From positions 1 through 35,077 of the IMG/VR virus record IMGVR_UViG_3300017754_004223: a DNA stretch of 35,077 nucleotides, one strand, 5' to 3'. The position numbers and the translations under genes are program-made. The notes beneath the pieces are model-generated. The model was not told where the DNA came from. It did not search any database and was given only the letters and a program-made list of their open reading frames with translations. Each line of letters begins with the position of its first letter. The first letter of the stretch is position 1. Source of the DNA: a virus. Taxonomy: Duplodnaviria > Caudoviricetes. Shown here one piece after another: positions 16,395-26,089 of the stretch.

Positions 16395-17006
16395 ATGGAA
16401 ATGTTAAAAAAAGTAATTCGAGAAAATTTGGAAAAGGAGTATAACTCTATGAAATTAATTCAAGAGTGTGAAATATCTGAAAGTTTGAAATACCATTTAG
16501 ATGAAAGAATACCCTTAAGTGAAAATATATTCAGAGTATATTCACCTTCATATTTTAAATTGATCAATGAAGTTAGATTTTTATATAACAACAATTTAAT
16601 AAAAATTAATGAAGAAGATGAGTGGTTTATTAATACTGATTTGGGTAAAAGAGTTGTTTTAGAATCTGGCGAAGTGATTTTTTTAGATGCTCCATTTGAA
16701 ATTGAGGAAAACCTTTCAGAGGCAAAACATCATGGAAAAAACGTTAAACTTGGAAGTCCATTTCGAACTCCAGGAGGTCCTAAAAAATTTGCTGTATACG
16801 TTAAGACACCAAGAGGCACAATTAAAAAGGTTACTTTTGGTGACCCAAATCTAAGAATAAAAAATGCTAATAAAGGAAGGGCTAAATCATTTAGAGCAAG
16901 ACATAAATGTGATCAGAAAAAAGATAGAACTACTGCAGGTTATTGGTCTTGTAATGTATCTCGTTATAGAAAAAAATTAGGTTTAAAATCCTCAAGAAGT
17001 TGGTAA
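16395..17006 (+). CDS. Two-module protein with a basic C-terminal phage domain (KSFRARHKC...YWSC)
   Basis: Leader-like KKVIRE; NLSE junction; the basic motif resembles a domain recurring in phage proteins of unknown function. Confidence 0.8.
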   Translation: MEMLKKVIRENLEKEYNSMKLIQECEISESLKYHLDERIPLSENIFRVYSPSYFKLINEVRFLYNNNLIKINEEDEWFINTDLGKRVVLESGEVIFLDAPFEIEENLSEAKHHGKNVKLGSPFRTPGGPKKFAVYVKTPRGTIKKVTFGDPNLRIKNANKGRAKSFRARHKCDQKKDRTTAGYWSCNVSRYRKKLGLKSSRSW

Positions 17007-17016
17007 TAGTATTATA

Positions 17017-18474
17017 ATGGCAAGATATAAAAAAAATATTTTAGAAGACCAAAGTATTGATCCATCAGACAGGGCAATTCGAAATATTTGCGATTCAGAA
17101 AAATTTTGTAAAAAACAAGGAAAAATAGCTTTTGGTCAGTTAAGGTCTTTAGTTGAAAGTGCGAAAACAAAAAAATTAGTATTTGATGTAGGTGAGGGTG
17201 GGTTTAAAGCAACTTTAAGATTGTTACCATGGTTTTTCCCACAATTAGCTTTAGCAGGTTTTACAGGTTCTGTAATTAGGGCATTTAATAAAATTTTCAG
17301 ACCTGCATTGGAAGATACCACTGGTTATAAAACTTGGTGGGGAAAAACAGTTATGAGAATATTCAATTTAGTTGAAGGTGATTTGGGAGTGGAAGATCCT
17401 TTATCTAAAATTTTTTTTGTTTCTGATGGATTATTAACAATGATTGATAATAGAGAAAAAATAAAGTTTGCAAGATATATTTCTGAAGTTGCGGAAAAAA
17501 AACCTGATAGTGAAGAAGTACCTGATTTTTTTGTTGAGAATGAATTACGAAATTGGTTAAATGAAAGATTTTTACTCGATCCACCATTACCACCAAAAAA
17601 AATTAACAAGGATAGTGAACTACCCTTTATGCAAGAAGAATATAACGGAGTAAAAAAAAGATCTTTTAGTAAAAATGTTGATGATCACGAACTTAAGTGG
17701 CATTTTGACGAACAAGATAGGAAAGTCAAAATTGTCAAGTCAAATGGTTGGATGTTACAGTTTGACGATGAGTTACCAAAAAAACTTGTAGAAGGACAAG
17801 TTGTTTTTATTCCAAAAGGAAAATATCATAGAGTTTTAAAAGGTGATGGTGATTTGGTTGTTGAGATTAAAGAGTTGATTAGTGAAAAAAGAAGTGGTTA
17901 CAGAAATTATATAAGAATGATAGTTAAAGATATCATTACAATTTTTAAAAAAAACGACCAAGGAACTTTTATATTACCTGAAGATATAAACGACAATAAA
18001 AACTATTATGATTTACCGCATTTTGGTGAAAATCTTCAAGTAGAACTGAGTATTACTGAAAATGTTAGTATTGAAGGTTTTAGTTTAGATGCCAGTTATT
18101 ATTACGAAGAAGAAATTATTAGTGTTGAAATTGATTACAACCCAAATTACAAAAAAAATATGATTTATGATTTGGTTGGAGAATTAAATGAAATTATTGC
18201 ACATGAATTAAGACATGTTGAACAAAAATCTAAGGGAACGTTTGAATTTACAAATTCGGATGATTTCGAAGAGATCGAAGACCCTTTTGAGTACTATACA
18301 CAACCAAAAGAAATTGATGCTCAAATTAAAGGTTTTAAAAGATTATCTTTTTTAACAAAAAAACCGTTTGAATTTATTGTTAGAAAATGGTTTGATACTC
18401 ATAAAGAAATACACAGATTGAACAATAAAGAATCTGAAAAAGTTATTACAATGATTTTAAATAAATCAAATTAG
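17017..18474 (+). CDS. Multi-domain protein: hydrophobic N-domain, cupin-like domain, HExxH metallopeptidase-like domain
   Basis: WHFDEQDR...FIPKGKYHRVLKG (cupin); IIAHELRHVEQ...YYTQPKEIDA (zincin-like). Confidence 0.75.
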   Translation: MARYKKNILEDQSIDPSDRAIRNICDSEKFCKKQGKIAFGQLRSLVESAKTKKLVFDVGEGGFKATLRLLPWFFPQLALAGFTGSVIRAFNKIFRPALEDTTGYKTWWGKTVMRIFNLVEGDLGVEDPLSKIFFVSDGLLTMIDNREKIKFARYISEVAEKKPDSEEVPDFFVENELRNWLNERFLLDPPLPPKKINKDSELPFMQEEYNGVKKRSFSKNVDDHELKWHFDEQDRKVKIVKSNGWMLQFDDELPKKLVEGQVVFIPKGKYHRVLKGDGDLVVEIKELISEKRSGYRNYIRMIVKDIITIFKKNDQGTFILPEDINDNKNYYDLPHFGENLQVELSITENVSIEGFSLDASYYYEEEIISVEIDYNPNYKKNMIYDLVGELNEIIAHELRHVEQKSKGTFEFTNSDDFEEIEDPFEYYTQPKEIDAQIKGFKRLSFLTKKPFEFIVRKWFDTHKEIHRLNNKESEKVITMILNKSN

Positions 18475-19091
18475 TTTCTGAACTTTTTAACTGTTTGAGA
18501 AATTAAATCATGTATAATTTTTGAAGATAAAGAAGATCCAAAATATAAAACAATACTTTTAACGATTTCATTAATATCTTTAGAATCTAAAGAATGTCTC
18601 GACAACTCGAATAACTTTGGTAATATAGGAATTAAAAAAGTATAACCCATCATCATGGATATATTGTAAAAGGAGATATTCAAACTACCCACAAAATTTA
18701 AAAAAACAGTTTTCAGTTTTTCACATTTATTTAACATAAAATTGAATTCTGAAATTAAATTCCTTTCTTTGATTTTTTTTAAAATCTCCAATAATTCTTT
18801 TTTATTGTCAGAAAAATAAGTTAAAACACATCCAATAGAAATTAGTAAAATATCTTCTTCAGAAATATTTACCTTCCCCGATTCAATAAAATTACTTACA
18901 GGACCTATAAAACCCCCAATTGTTGCACCCCACGTTAAAAGAAACTTTAGATCTACGTCAAATTTTTCTTTTGCCGATTTAACAAGAGATTTAAAAAAAT
19001 TTTCTGATTTATTTAATTCATTTTGTATTGATGAATTTTTACTCTCAACTATTATATTTTTGAACTGGTTTTCAGATATTGTTATTCTCAT
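18471..19091 (-). CDS. Short-leader protein with hydrophobic segments
   Basis: MRITISENQFKNIIVE; FLLTWGATIGGFIGP; minus-strand TATTTATT at 19099-19106. Confidence 0.8.
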   Translation of the reverse strand: MRITISENQFKNIIVESKNSSIQNELNKSENFFKSLVKSAKEKFDVDLKFLLTWGATIGGFIGPVSNFIESGKVNISEEDILLISIGCVLTYFSDNKKELLEILKKIKERNLISEFNFMLNKCEKLKTVFLNFVGSLNISFYNISMMMGYTFLIPILPKLFELSRHSLDSKDINEIVKSIVLYFGSSLSSKIIHDLISQTVKKFRN

Positions 19092-19098
19092 ACTAAAT

Positions 19099-19122
19099 AA
19101 TAAATATATTGTAATATTTATT
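19099..19122. promoter_or_regulatory. Second divergent pair of TATTTAT motifs
   Basis: Minus copy at 19099-19106, plus copy at 19115-19122. Confidence 0.65.
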
Positions 19123-19125
19123 TAT

Positions 19126-19893
19126 ATGTCAAGACAGAAATTAGAACTTAACGCACCATTTGACAGAAGTGACATTCAAAATAATATAAACAATAAAGTT
19201 GTTTGTAAAAGAATGAATGATCCTGCAAGTGTCAAACCAGGAACTCCAGGAATTGTTACAAGAGTAAGTGAATTTGGGGGTGAAAAAATATATGAAGTAA
19301 AATGGAAAACAGGTAGAATTCTAAGTTTAATTGATGGTTATGAAACCGTAACTACAGAAGATCCTATAACTAAAGAAAAAAAACAAGTCACTAAAAGAAT
19401 TGATGAATGGTGGAAAGTTATAGAACCTGAATCAGAAACAAATGAAATTCAAGAAAGATTAATCATTACAAAAAAAAGATTAATGGAAATGGATAAAAAT
19501 CTACCAAAAGAATTTTTGAAATTTAGTAGATTATATGATATGACTCTAATTCATGAATTTTTGGAAAATCTTAGAAAATCAAGTGTGATTAACATGGGGG
19601 GATCAAGTCCATACCTATACATGGGAAAATCCAAAATAAAAAGTTTACATGATTATGACATAAACCACGGTGAAATGTCAAATGAAAGAAAAAAATGTTT
19701 TGAAAAAGTTTTAGAATTATCAGAATTAGTAAAAAATGAGTTAATAAACGGAGCAAGAAAACAAATAGAAAAAGACGATACCGAATATAACGATGCTTTT
19801 TTCTCAAAATTGAGTAGAAAGGTTGAAAGGGATTCTTCTGAAATTTTCAGAATATGGATGAAGTTTTACGGTAAAGAAAGGTTCAAACCTTAA
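19126..19893 (+). CDS. Two-module protein: DUF4314-like SH3-type domain plus helical domain (start re-called to 19126)
   Basis: MNDPASVKPGTPGIVTRV...VKWKTGRILSLI; second module LRKSSVINMGGSSPYL. Confidence 0.65.
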   Translation: MSRQKLELNAPFDRSDIQNNINNKVVCKRMNDPASVKPGTPGIVTRVSEFGGEKIYEVKWKTGRILSLIDGYETVTTEDPITKEKKQVTKRIDEWWKVIEPESETNEIQERLIITKKRLMEMDKNLPKEFLKFSRLYDMTLIHEFLENLRKSSVINMGGSSPYLYMGKSKIKSLHDYDINHGEMSNERKKCFEKVLELSELVKNELINGARKQIEKDDTEYNDAFFSKLSRKVERDSSEIFRIWMKFYGKERFKP

Positions 19894-19923
19894 AAAAAAT
19901 AACAATAAATAAAAAAAAAGATT

Positions 19924-20538
19924 ATGAATCAGTATTTTTTTAAAATGAAAAAAGAAGAAAAAGAAAATATTTTAGATAAACACAGACATGTTTATGATGG
20001 GTATGTCACAACTTATGGTCAAAATATTAACAATCAACCTCTATACGTCCAAGATTTTGCAAATGATAAAGAAGGAATAACAGTATCTAATAAAGGTGTG
20101 GTAAAAACATATACAAACATGAACATCAATGAAAATATTTTAGATACCATTGCCGATGGACCTTATGATTTGAAAAACGGAACCGTTGATTTTGATAGTT
20201 ACCCTGAAACTACAGATTATAATACAGATTTGATGCATGACATTTACCCTTCACCAAATGAAGATGAAGAAGATTTGATTATTTCGATTGGAGACATTTC
20301 TGATGAATTACCTCACACAAACAAGTTTTCTTACGGATCATATGATGACGAAGATGATTTTGATTATATTGACGACAATGAAAATGAAGACATAGATTAC
20401 GTTACAGGATTTGAGAGTTTTAAGGAAATGCCATATAATGAATTTTTTGACAAAACTGAAATAGAAAATGTTGACGAGTTACAAGAATCAATAAATGAAT
20501 CTTTAAAAATGTTTAAAAGATTTACAAAATATAACTAA
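19924..20538 (+). CDS. Acidic leader-variant protein
   Basis: MKKEEKENILDKH resembles the ORF 1379 leader; C-terminal LQESINESLKMFKRF. Confidence 0.8.
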   Translation: MNQYFFKMKKEEKENILDKHRHVYDGYVTTYGQNINNQPLYVQDFANDKEGITVSNKGVVKTYTNMNINENILDTIADGPYDLKNGTVDFDSYPETTDYNTDLMHDIYPSPNEDEEDLIISIGDISDELPHTNKFSYGSYDDEDDFDYIDDNENEDIDYVTGFESFKEMPYNEFFDKTEIENVDELQESINESLKMFKRFTKYN

Positions 20539-20541
20539 AAA

Positions 20542-20841
20542 ATGGAAGTCACTGAAATAGTTTCTTATTACTATCACGAAGATAAAAAGATACTTGAGGT
20601 TTCTTTCAGATTGAACGTTGATAATGATGATGAAGTTAGGAATGACACCTTGAGTTTGGAAGATGCAAAAAATATAGGTTTCGAATTAATCAAAGAAGAG
20701 CTTAATCTTTTTGAGGACGACGACGACTTTTTTGATGATTTCGAAGATTTTGTATCAATTGATGAAGATTTACTTTTGTCATATTTAAATGAATATTATA
20801 TTGTAAATCCTGATAAACTTCCAAAAGTTGAATTTTTTTAA
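20542..20841 (+). CDS. Acidic hypothetical protein
   Basis: 99 aa, D/E-rich. Confidence 0.8.
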   Translation: MEVTEIVSYYYHEDKKILEVSFRLNVDNDDEVRNDTLSLEDAKNIGFELIKEELNLFEDDDDFFDDFEDFVSIDEDLLLSYLNEYYIVNPDKLPKVEFF

Positions 20842-20846
20842 ATAGA

Positions 20847-21086
20847 ATGGAATTTGATGATTTAGTTTTATTAATGAAAAAATTTACTGAATCAAGTTAT
20901 AAAGAACTTGGGGAAGAGGAAGCGGCTGCACCATCTGGAGGTGCGGGGGCTGCCGGTGGCGGTTATCCAACTGTTACAAAATGGGAAAGTGGTTTAGCAA
21001 GAAGTGTTGCAAATACTTTGGACTCTAAAGTTAAATGGAATTCTCTTTATAAAATAACAAGAGGTAAGGGAAATACTTTAATATGA
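20847..21086 (+). CDS. Small protein with Gly/Ala linker and two KW...RxxxNTL repeats
   Basis: KWESGLARSVANTL and KWNSLYKITRGKGNTL. Confidence 0.8.
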   Translation: MEFDDLVLLMKKFTESSYKELGEEEAAAPSGGAGAAGGGYPTVTKWESGLARSVANTLDSKVKWNSLYKITRGKGNTLI

Positions 21087-23473
21087 TTAATTTAGATATT
21101 ACAATAAAAAAAGTGCTTAAAGAAATTTTGGTTTCTGAGAAAAAAGAAACTAAAGACCTTTTCATATTAAATGAAGATGAAAAGTACTATAAAGATCTAT
21201 TGGGTAATCCAATTAAAATAAACGCTAATCAAAAACCTCCAGTTGGTGCCATAGAAATATCAAAAAAAGTTTATGATATAATTTCATTGGACCCAACAAG
21301 AAGGTTTGACCCAACACTGAGTTTACAACCAAAACTTGATCAAATGTCGAAAAATTTTGAAAGACAAATGGTTTCTCAAAATTTCCCAAAAGATAAATAC
21401 ACAATCATACCATCAATACAACAAGGTCAGAATACTTACGTCTACCCTACTTCTATTATAAAACCTGACGCGAATTTAGCGATGGTTTCAAAAACAGAAT
21501 CAAATTTTTATTATAAAATAAAAGATATTGTTTATTTAGGTGGATACAATAGAGAATTGGCTGAAAAATTTTTTGGAAGACAATGTAAAAAATTATCAGG
21601 AGAACATCCAAATTATAATGTTGGTTTTGATTATAAAATTGACTATTATATAAACGACAGTGGAGTAAAATGTTTTCCAAACGTTTTGAAAAGTCAAGTT
21701 GTTGACTTGGCTACCGATAAAAGTAATAAAAATTACACCAAAAGAGAATTTAATTTACCTACAAATTCATCAACAAAATTAAAAAATGGTAATGACATTA
21801 AAATATCTAAAAATTCTTACCCAAAAGGATGTAAACCCATTCCTTATAATACTTGTTTAGAATTTTCTTGGCAAGTTATGCAAACATCAAACAACACAAA
21901 TGGTGTTTATAGTTTTGTAATAGAAAAATACGAGGTCCAATGGGAAAGAAAACCTTTTGGAAAATGGGGGAAAGATAAATTTATCCCACCTTGGTTTTTT
22001 AACCAATCAGAAGAAAAAAAAGATCCTTGGGTGAAAAAAGGTGATGGTATTTTGAAATCAAAAGCAAAATATACTGCAGTAATGACTGATGAATGGTTTC
22101 CATGGTTCAACCAATTTGTGAATAAAGAAAAACCTGGACAAATTTATACAAATAACTACAAAGAAGAAAAAAACAATTTCGGAACATGGGAAATTACTAG
22201 GTCAAAATTGTTTGGTAATAAAACAGGTGTTGAAATTGTTGAAAACAATTATTTAAAAGATAAAAACTTATCAAGTGGCGACTTTAAAGATTTTCCAACT
22301 TCCTTTATTGATTTATCGAATAATTTTTTAGAAAAAAACAAAGTTATAAATTTGGATTATTCAAACTGGCAAGATAATTGGTTTACAAATGAATATTTTT
22401 CATACGAAAAAAAAATAAATTTGGGTGGAAATTTAAAAACACCAGCCTATTATGAAACTTTGATAAACGATTTTTATGGGATCAGTTCTGATGGAAAACA
22501 AGATATATCAAAACTTGGTTTTGAAACTCAAGACGAAGAATACTACAAAGCACAAGATTTGAAAGCTTTAGAAAAAAAATATGAAGATATAAAAAAACAA
22601 AAGCAAGATACAAGATCTTTTTTGGCCGTAATTGCAAAAGATTATCAATCTGAATTGAAAAAAAGTCCACCAAATAATTTAATAGTTAATTATTTAGGTG
22701 TATTATGGAATCAAACTTTACTCGGACAATTTAGTAAATTTTTGGATCTTTTTGAAAACTTAGAGTGTGTTAAAAATGGTATTGATTTACCAAAATCTTG
22801 GTTAATGGGTATTATATTATTGAAAAATGATACTTGTGTTGCCTATAAAACGAATACAATAAATTGCGTCGCAGTTTTAAATCCCGAAAGTGAAAGTTTA
22901 AAAACAAAATATTTTAGTACACCCTCTTATTTAAATTTACCACCTGGTTCTGAAAAGTTATCCGTATCCAAAAACGATAAAGGATTAAATTTTGTAGATC
23001 CCACTCCAGATAGAAACCCAAAAGGAAAGTGTACTTCCTTACTATCTCCATCATTTAAAAGTAAATTACCCTCATTTATACCATTCCCAATGAGTAGTGA
23101 AGGTGAAAAAAATAATTTAGGTATAAATTCATCTGTTTGCGCTTACCTTGCCGGATCATCAGAATCCCAAATTTTAAACGGTAATGTTAAATTTTTTCAA
23201 GTATCTAAACATAAAATTGAAGATCTTTTTGAGTTTGGTGGTCAAGGAGAAATTAGTTATGAAGATTTATTGTCGAATACAACACTCAAAAATCTTTTAG
23301 ATTCATTTCCTAAAGGAACCTATGATAATAAAGGTAATATTTATTTAGGCGATAAAAATAAAGAAGAAAAGTTTTCTTTATCTAATGCACAATCATTAGT
23401 TAAATCCCAAAGAACATACCAAAACGCACTGAACCAAATTGTATCAACACATTTAATATTACCAGCAAAATAA
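21083..23473 (+). CDS. Large hypothetical protein (candidate virion protein)
   Basis: 796 aa; N-terminus IKKVLKEILVSE...ILNE. Confidence 0.85.
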   Translation: MINLDITIKKVLKEILVSEKKETKDLFILNEDEKYYKDLLGNPIKINANQKPPVGAIEISKKVYDIISLDPTRRFDPTLSLQPKLDQMSKNFERQMVSQNFPKDKYTIIPSIQQGQNTYVYPTSIIKPDANLAMVSKTESNFYYKIKDIVYLGGYNRELAEKFFGRQCKKLSGEHPNYNVGFDYKIDYYINDSGVKCFPNVLKSQVVDLATDKSNKNYTKREFNLPTNSSTKLKNGNDIKISKNSYPKGCKPIPYNTCLEFSWQVMQTSNNTNGVYSFVIEKYEVQWERKPFGKWGKDKFIPPWFFNQSEEKKDPWVKKGDGILKSKAKYTAVMTDEWFPWFNQFVNKEKPGQIYTNNYKEEKNNFGTWEITRSKLFGNKTGVEIVENNYLKDKNLSSGDFKDFPTSFIDLSNNFLEKNKVINLDYSNWQDNWFTNEYFSYEKKINLGGNLKTPAYYETLINDFYGISSDGKQDISKLGFETQDEEYYKAQDLKALEKKYEDIKKQKQDTRSFLAVIAKDYQSELKKSPPNNLIVNYLGVLWNQTLLGQFSKFLDLFENLECVKNGIDLPKSWLMGIILLKNDTCVAYKTNTINCVAVLNPESESLKTKYFSTPSYLNLPPGSEKLSVSKNDKGLNFVDPTPDRNPKGKCTSLLSPSFKSKLPSFIPFPMSSEGEKNNLGINSSVCAYLAGSSESQILNGNVKFFQVSKHKIEDLFEFGGQGEISYEDLLSNTTLKNLLDSFPKGTYDNKGNIYLGDKNKEEKFSLSNAQSLVKSQRTYQNALNQIVSTHLILPAK

Positions 23474-23476
23474 ATT

Positions 23477-26038
23477 ATGGAGAAAAAATTATTAATATCT
23501 GATATAGAAAATAAAGAAAACCTTAATGAGGCGGTTTGGTTTTTAGTACTTGCAGCTGCTGGTTTGATTGTAGGTGGGGCAACTATTAGTTATCAAATGT
23601 TGACTAAAAGTAATTACAGACAAAAAATGAAAGAACATAATGGTTTTTTCGATAAAATTAAATTAGGAGAATTTTTTGACGTAGAAAAGTTTACAGGTGA
23701 TGAAGATGCAAGAACTGCGATGAATATAAATTACCTTACAAAGCTTAACAACTCGGCAACGTTAAAAAAAGATGATTTTGGATATTACTTATTGTTATCA
23801 AAAGATTCGGTTAGAATATATCTACCAAAAAAAGAATGGTTTAGCCAATTTCAAGGGTCGGTAAAAAGTTTTTGGGATACACAAAGTGAAAGTAGTGAAA
23901 AAATAAATAAATTTTCTTTAGTTTTTTATTTGAAATTTCCCCAAAAATCAATCGGTGGAAGACAACCGAATGGGGAAGGCGGTTTTGTTTATGGTCCCAT
24001 AGATAATTCAGATATATCGAGAGGTTGGGCGGTTTTGAGTAATTATAAAACAAGTGGATATTTTTCCGTTGAAGGTAATAAAATTTACAGAGGACTTACT
24101 TCAAAAACCAACGTTAGTGAGAATTTTGAAGAAAATTCAAAAAATAAAATTATATCAGAATCTTCAGAATTTTTTGTAAATGAAGACCTTGAACGTTTTG
24201 GAATAAAAGGTGCGACTAATCCAACATATGTAACACCTGGTGGTGGTTATCCAACTGTTAGAAATTACGAACCAACAGAGGAAGATTTAACCGCCAAAGA
24301 GCTTGAAAAATACCAAAATTTAACTTTAAATCCCCCAAGTGGATTATATGAATATTCTTGGTACCAATACGGTTCCGATTATAACAAAAGTGATTTGGAT
24401 GTATGGTATGATAGTTCATATGGCACTGCGATTGTAATTGGAACACAACTATGTGGTGCCATTATTTTCAGTGAATTGGGAGGGTTAGCTTTCTTATCTT
24501 TTGAGACAGAAACAGCACTAGTAATAAGAGAATTGGCAAAATATTCGATTATAATTGGGGGTGAAGTAATTGTAGGACTTCCTGAAGTAATTTATCTTTA
24601 TGACAGAGGAATGACAGAAATTGCGGCTATAGTTGCAATATGTATGTTATTACCTTTGGCAACTGAATCTATGTTACCAGTGAAACTTTTCAATTTAAAA
24701 ACATTAGACGAATATGTTTGGCTTGATTTAGCAAAACAAAGTAAAGAATGGAAAAGCCCCCTACAGTTCAAAAGATGGGTTCAAGGTTTAGATAAGGTAA
24801 CAAGAGAAGCTTTTATGGATAGATTTGCGGTGATTGTAAGTTATTATAGTAAAAACTCCACAAAAACAATCGCAGAAGAGTTATCAAAACAATTATTGAA
24901 AATAGTAAAGCAAATTAAAAAAGGAAGATCATTAGAAAAAGGAACTCCTTTTAGAAAACAATTCAAACGTCTTTTCAAACAAGAATTTCAAAAAATTTTA
25001 GAAAATGTACCACCTATAAATTTAAATCGATACCCACTTCTAACAAACTTGGGGTTTTCTGTTGGGATGGTTGGAACTCTGATGATTGGTTCTATATTAT
25101 TTATAGAAAATGATGAAAAAAAACTTAATGATCGTCAAGGTATATTAGATGGTGCTGAAAAAACCATAAAATATTTGTCAAATAAGAATTGGGCACCTAA
25201 TAAAATGATGAATGACAAATTGACGGAGATGGCAACAGAAATTAATAAGTTGACTCAAGATGAAAACATAAGTCCTGATAATTTGAAACAAGCATTAAGA
25301 TTGAATTATCAGGTATTTTTAATTTTAGAAAATTTAAATACTTTTTACAATAATGGAAATTACAATGGATGGAGTCAAAAAAACTTTGCTAAATTATATC
25401 AACAACAAAGTAATAATGCTTATAAATTATTATTAGAATTTCAAAATATTTCTGTAAACAACTTATTGCAAAAATTACAACAAGCAACTGAGAAAAATGC
25501 AAAGAACCAAGTAATAAAAGATTTGGATAATTTAATAGACCCTGAAACTATCAATAAAATTGATAAACTGTATAATGAACAAGAAATTTTTGGTTTGGTT
25601 GAATCAAGTTGTCCAAAAATAATCAATAGTTCTTTTGTAGATAAATTTGGTAAATCTTGGAATTATGAAAAAGCAAGAGTAGACAGATTTGTGAATTGGG
25701 CATCAAAAATACAACTTTCTGGACAGTCAATCACTCAAAATTTTGAGGACTCGTGGTTGAAGAAAAATAATAAGAAAATTAATTATCAGTGTTATAAAAT
25801 TAAAATTAATAAAGAAAGTAATGAACCTTATTATGATAAAAATGAATTAACAAATAGAATTATTTCTTTTGGTCAAGAAACTTTTGATTTTTTAAATAAA
25901 GAATTTTTTTCTAAATATCCTCATACAAATTTTTCAGATCCAATGGGTATATATAATCATGCACTTATTAGATCTTTATGTTACAATTTTTTTGACGACT
26001 ATTTAGATGTAACCGCATATGCGAAAAAAAACACTTAA
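23477..26038 (+). CDS. Large protein with several hydrophobic segments
   Basis: 853 aa; NLNE|AVWFLVLAAAGLIVGGATI; further apolar helices mid-protein. Confidence 0.85.
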   Translation: MEKKLLISDIENKENLNEAVWFLVLAAAGLIVGGATISYQMLTKSNYRQKMKEHNGFFDKIKLGEFFDVEKFTGDEDARTAMNINYLTKLNNSATLKKDDFGYYLLLSKDSVRIYLPKKEWFSQFQGSVKSFWDTQSESSEKINKFSLVFYLKFPQKSIGGRQPNGEGGFVYGPIDNSDISRGWAVLSNYKTSGYFSVEGNKIYRGLTSKTNVSENFEENSKNKIISESSEFFVNEDLERFGIKGATNPTYVTPGGGYPTVRNYEPTEEDLTAKELEKYQNLTLNPPSGLYEYSWYQYGSDYNKSDLDVWYDSSYGTAIVIGTQLCGAIIFSELGGLAFLSFETETALVIRELAKYSIIIGGEVIVGLPEVIYLYDRGMTEIAAIVAICMLLPLATESMLPVKLFNLKTLDEYVWLDLAKQSKEWKSPLQFKRWVQGLDKVTREAFMDRFAVIVSYYSKNSTKTIAEELSKQLLKIVKQIKKGRSLEKGTPFRKQFKRLFKQEFQKILENVPPINLNRYPLLTNLGFSVGMVGTLMIGSILFIENDEKKLNDRQGILDGAEKTIKYLSNKNWAPNKMMNDKLTEMATEINKLTQDENISPDNLKQALRLNYQVFLILENLNTFYNNGNYNGWSQKNFAKLYQQQSNNAYKLLLEFQNISVNNLLQKLQQATEKNAKNQVIKDLDNLIDPETINKIDKLYNEQEIFGLVESSCPKIINSSFVDKFGKSWNYEKARVDRFVNWASKIQLSGQSITQNFEDSWLKKNNKKINYQCYKIKINKESNEPYYDKNELTNRIISFGQETFDFLNKEFFSKYPHTNFSDPMGIYNHALIRSLCYNFFDDYLDVTAYAKKNT

Positions 26039-26089
26039 GAATTAGTTTATAAAAATAAAATTAAAGATATATTTATATAATAAACAAAA

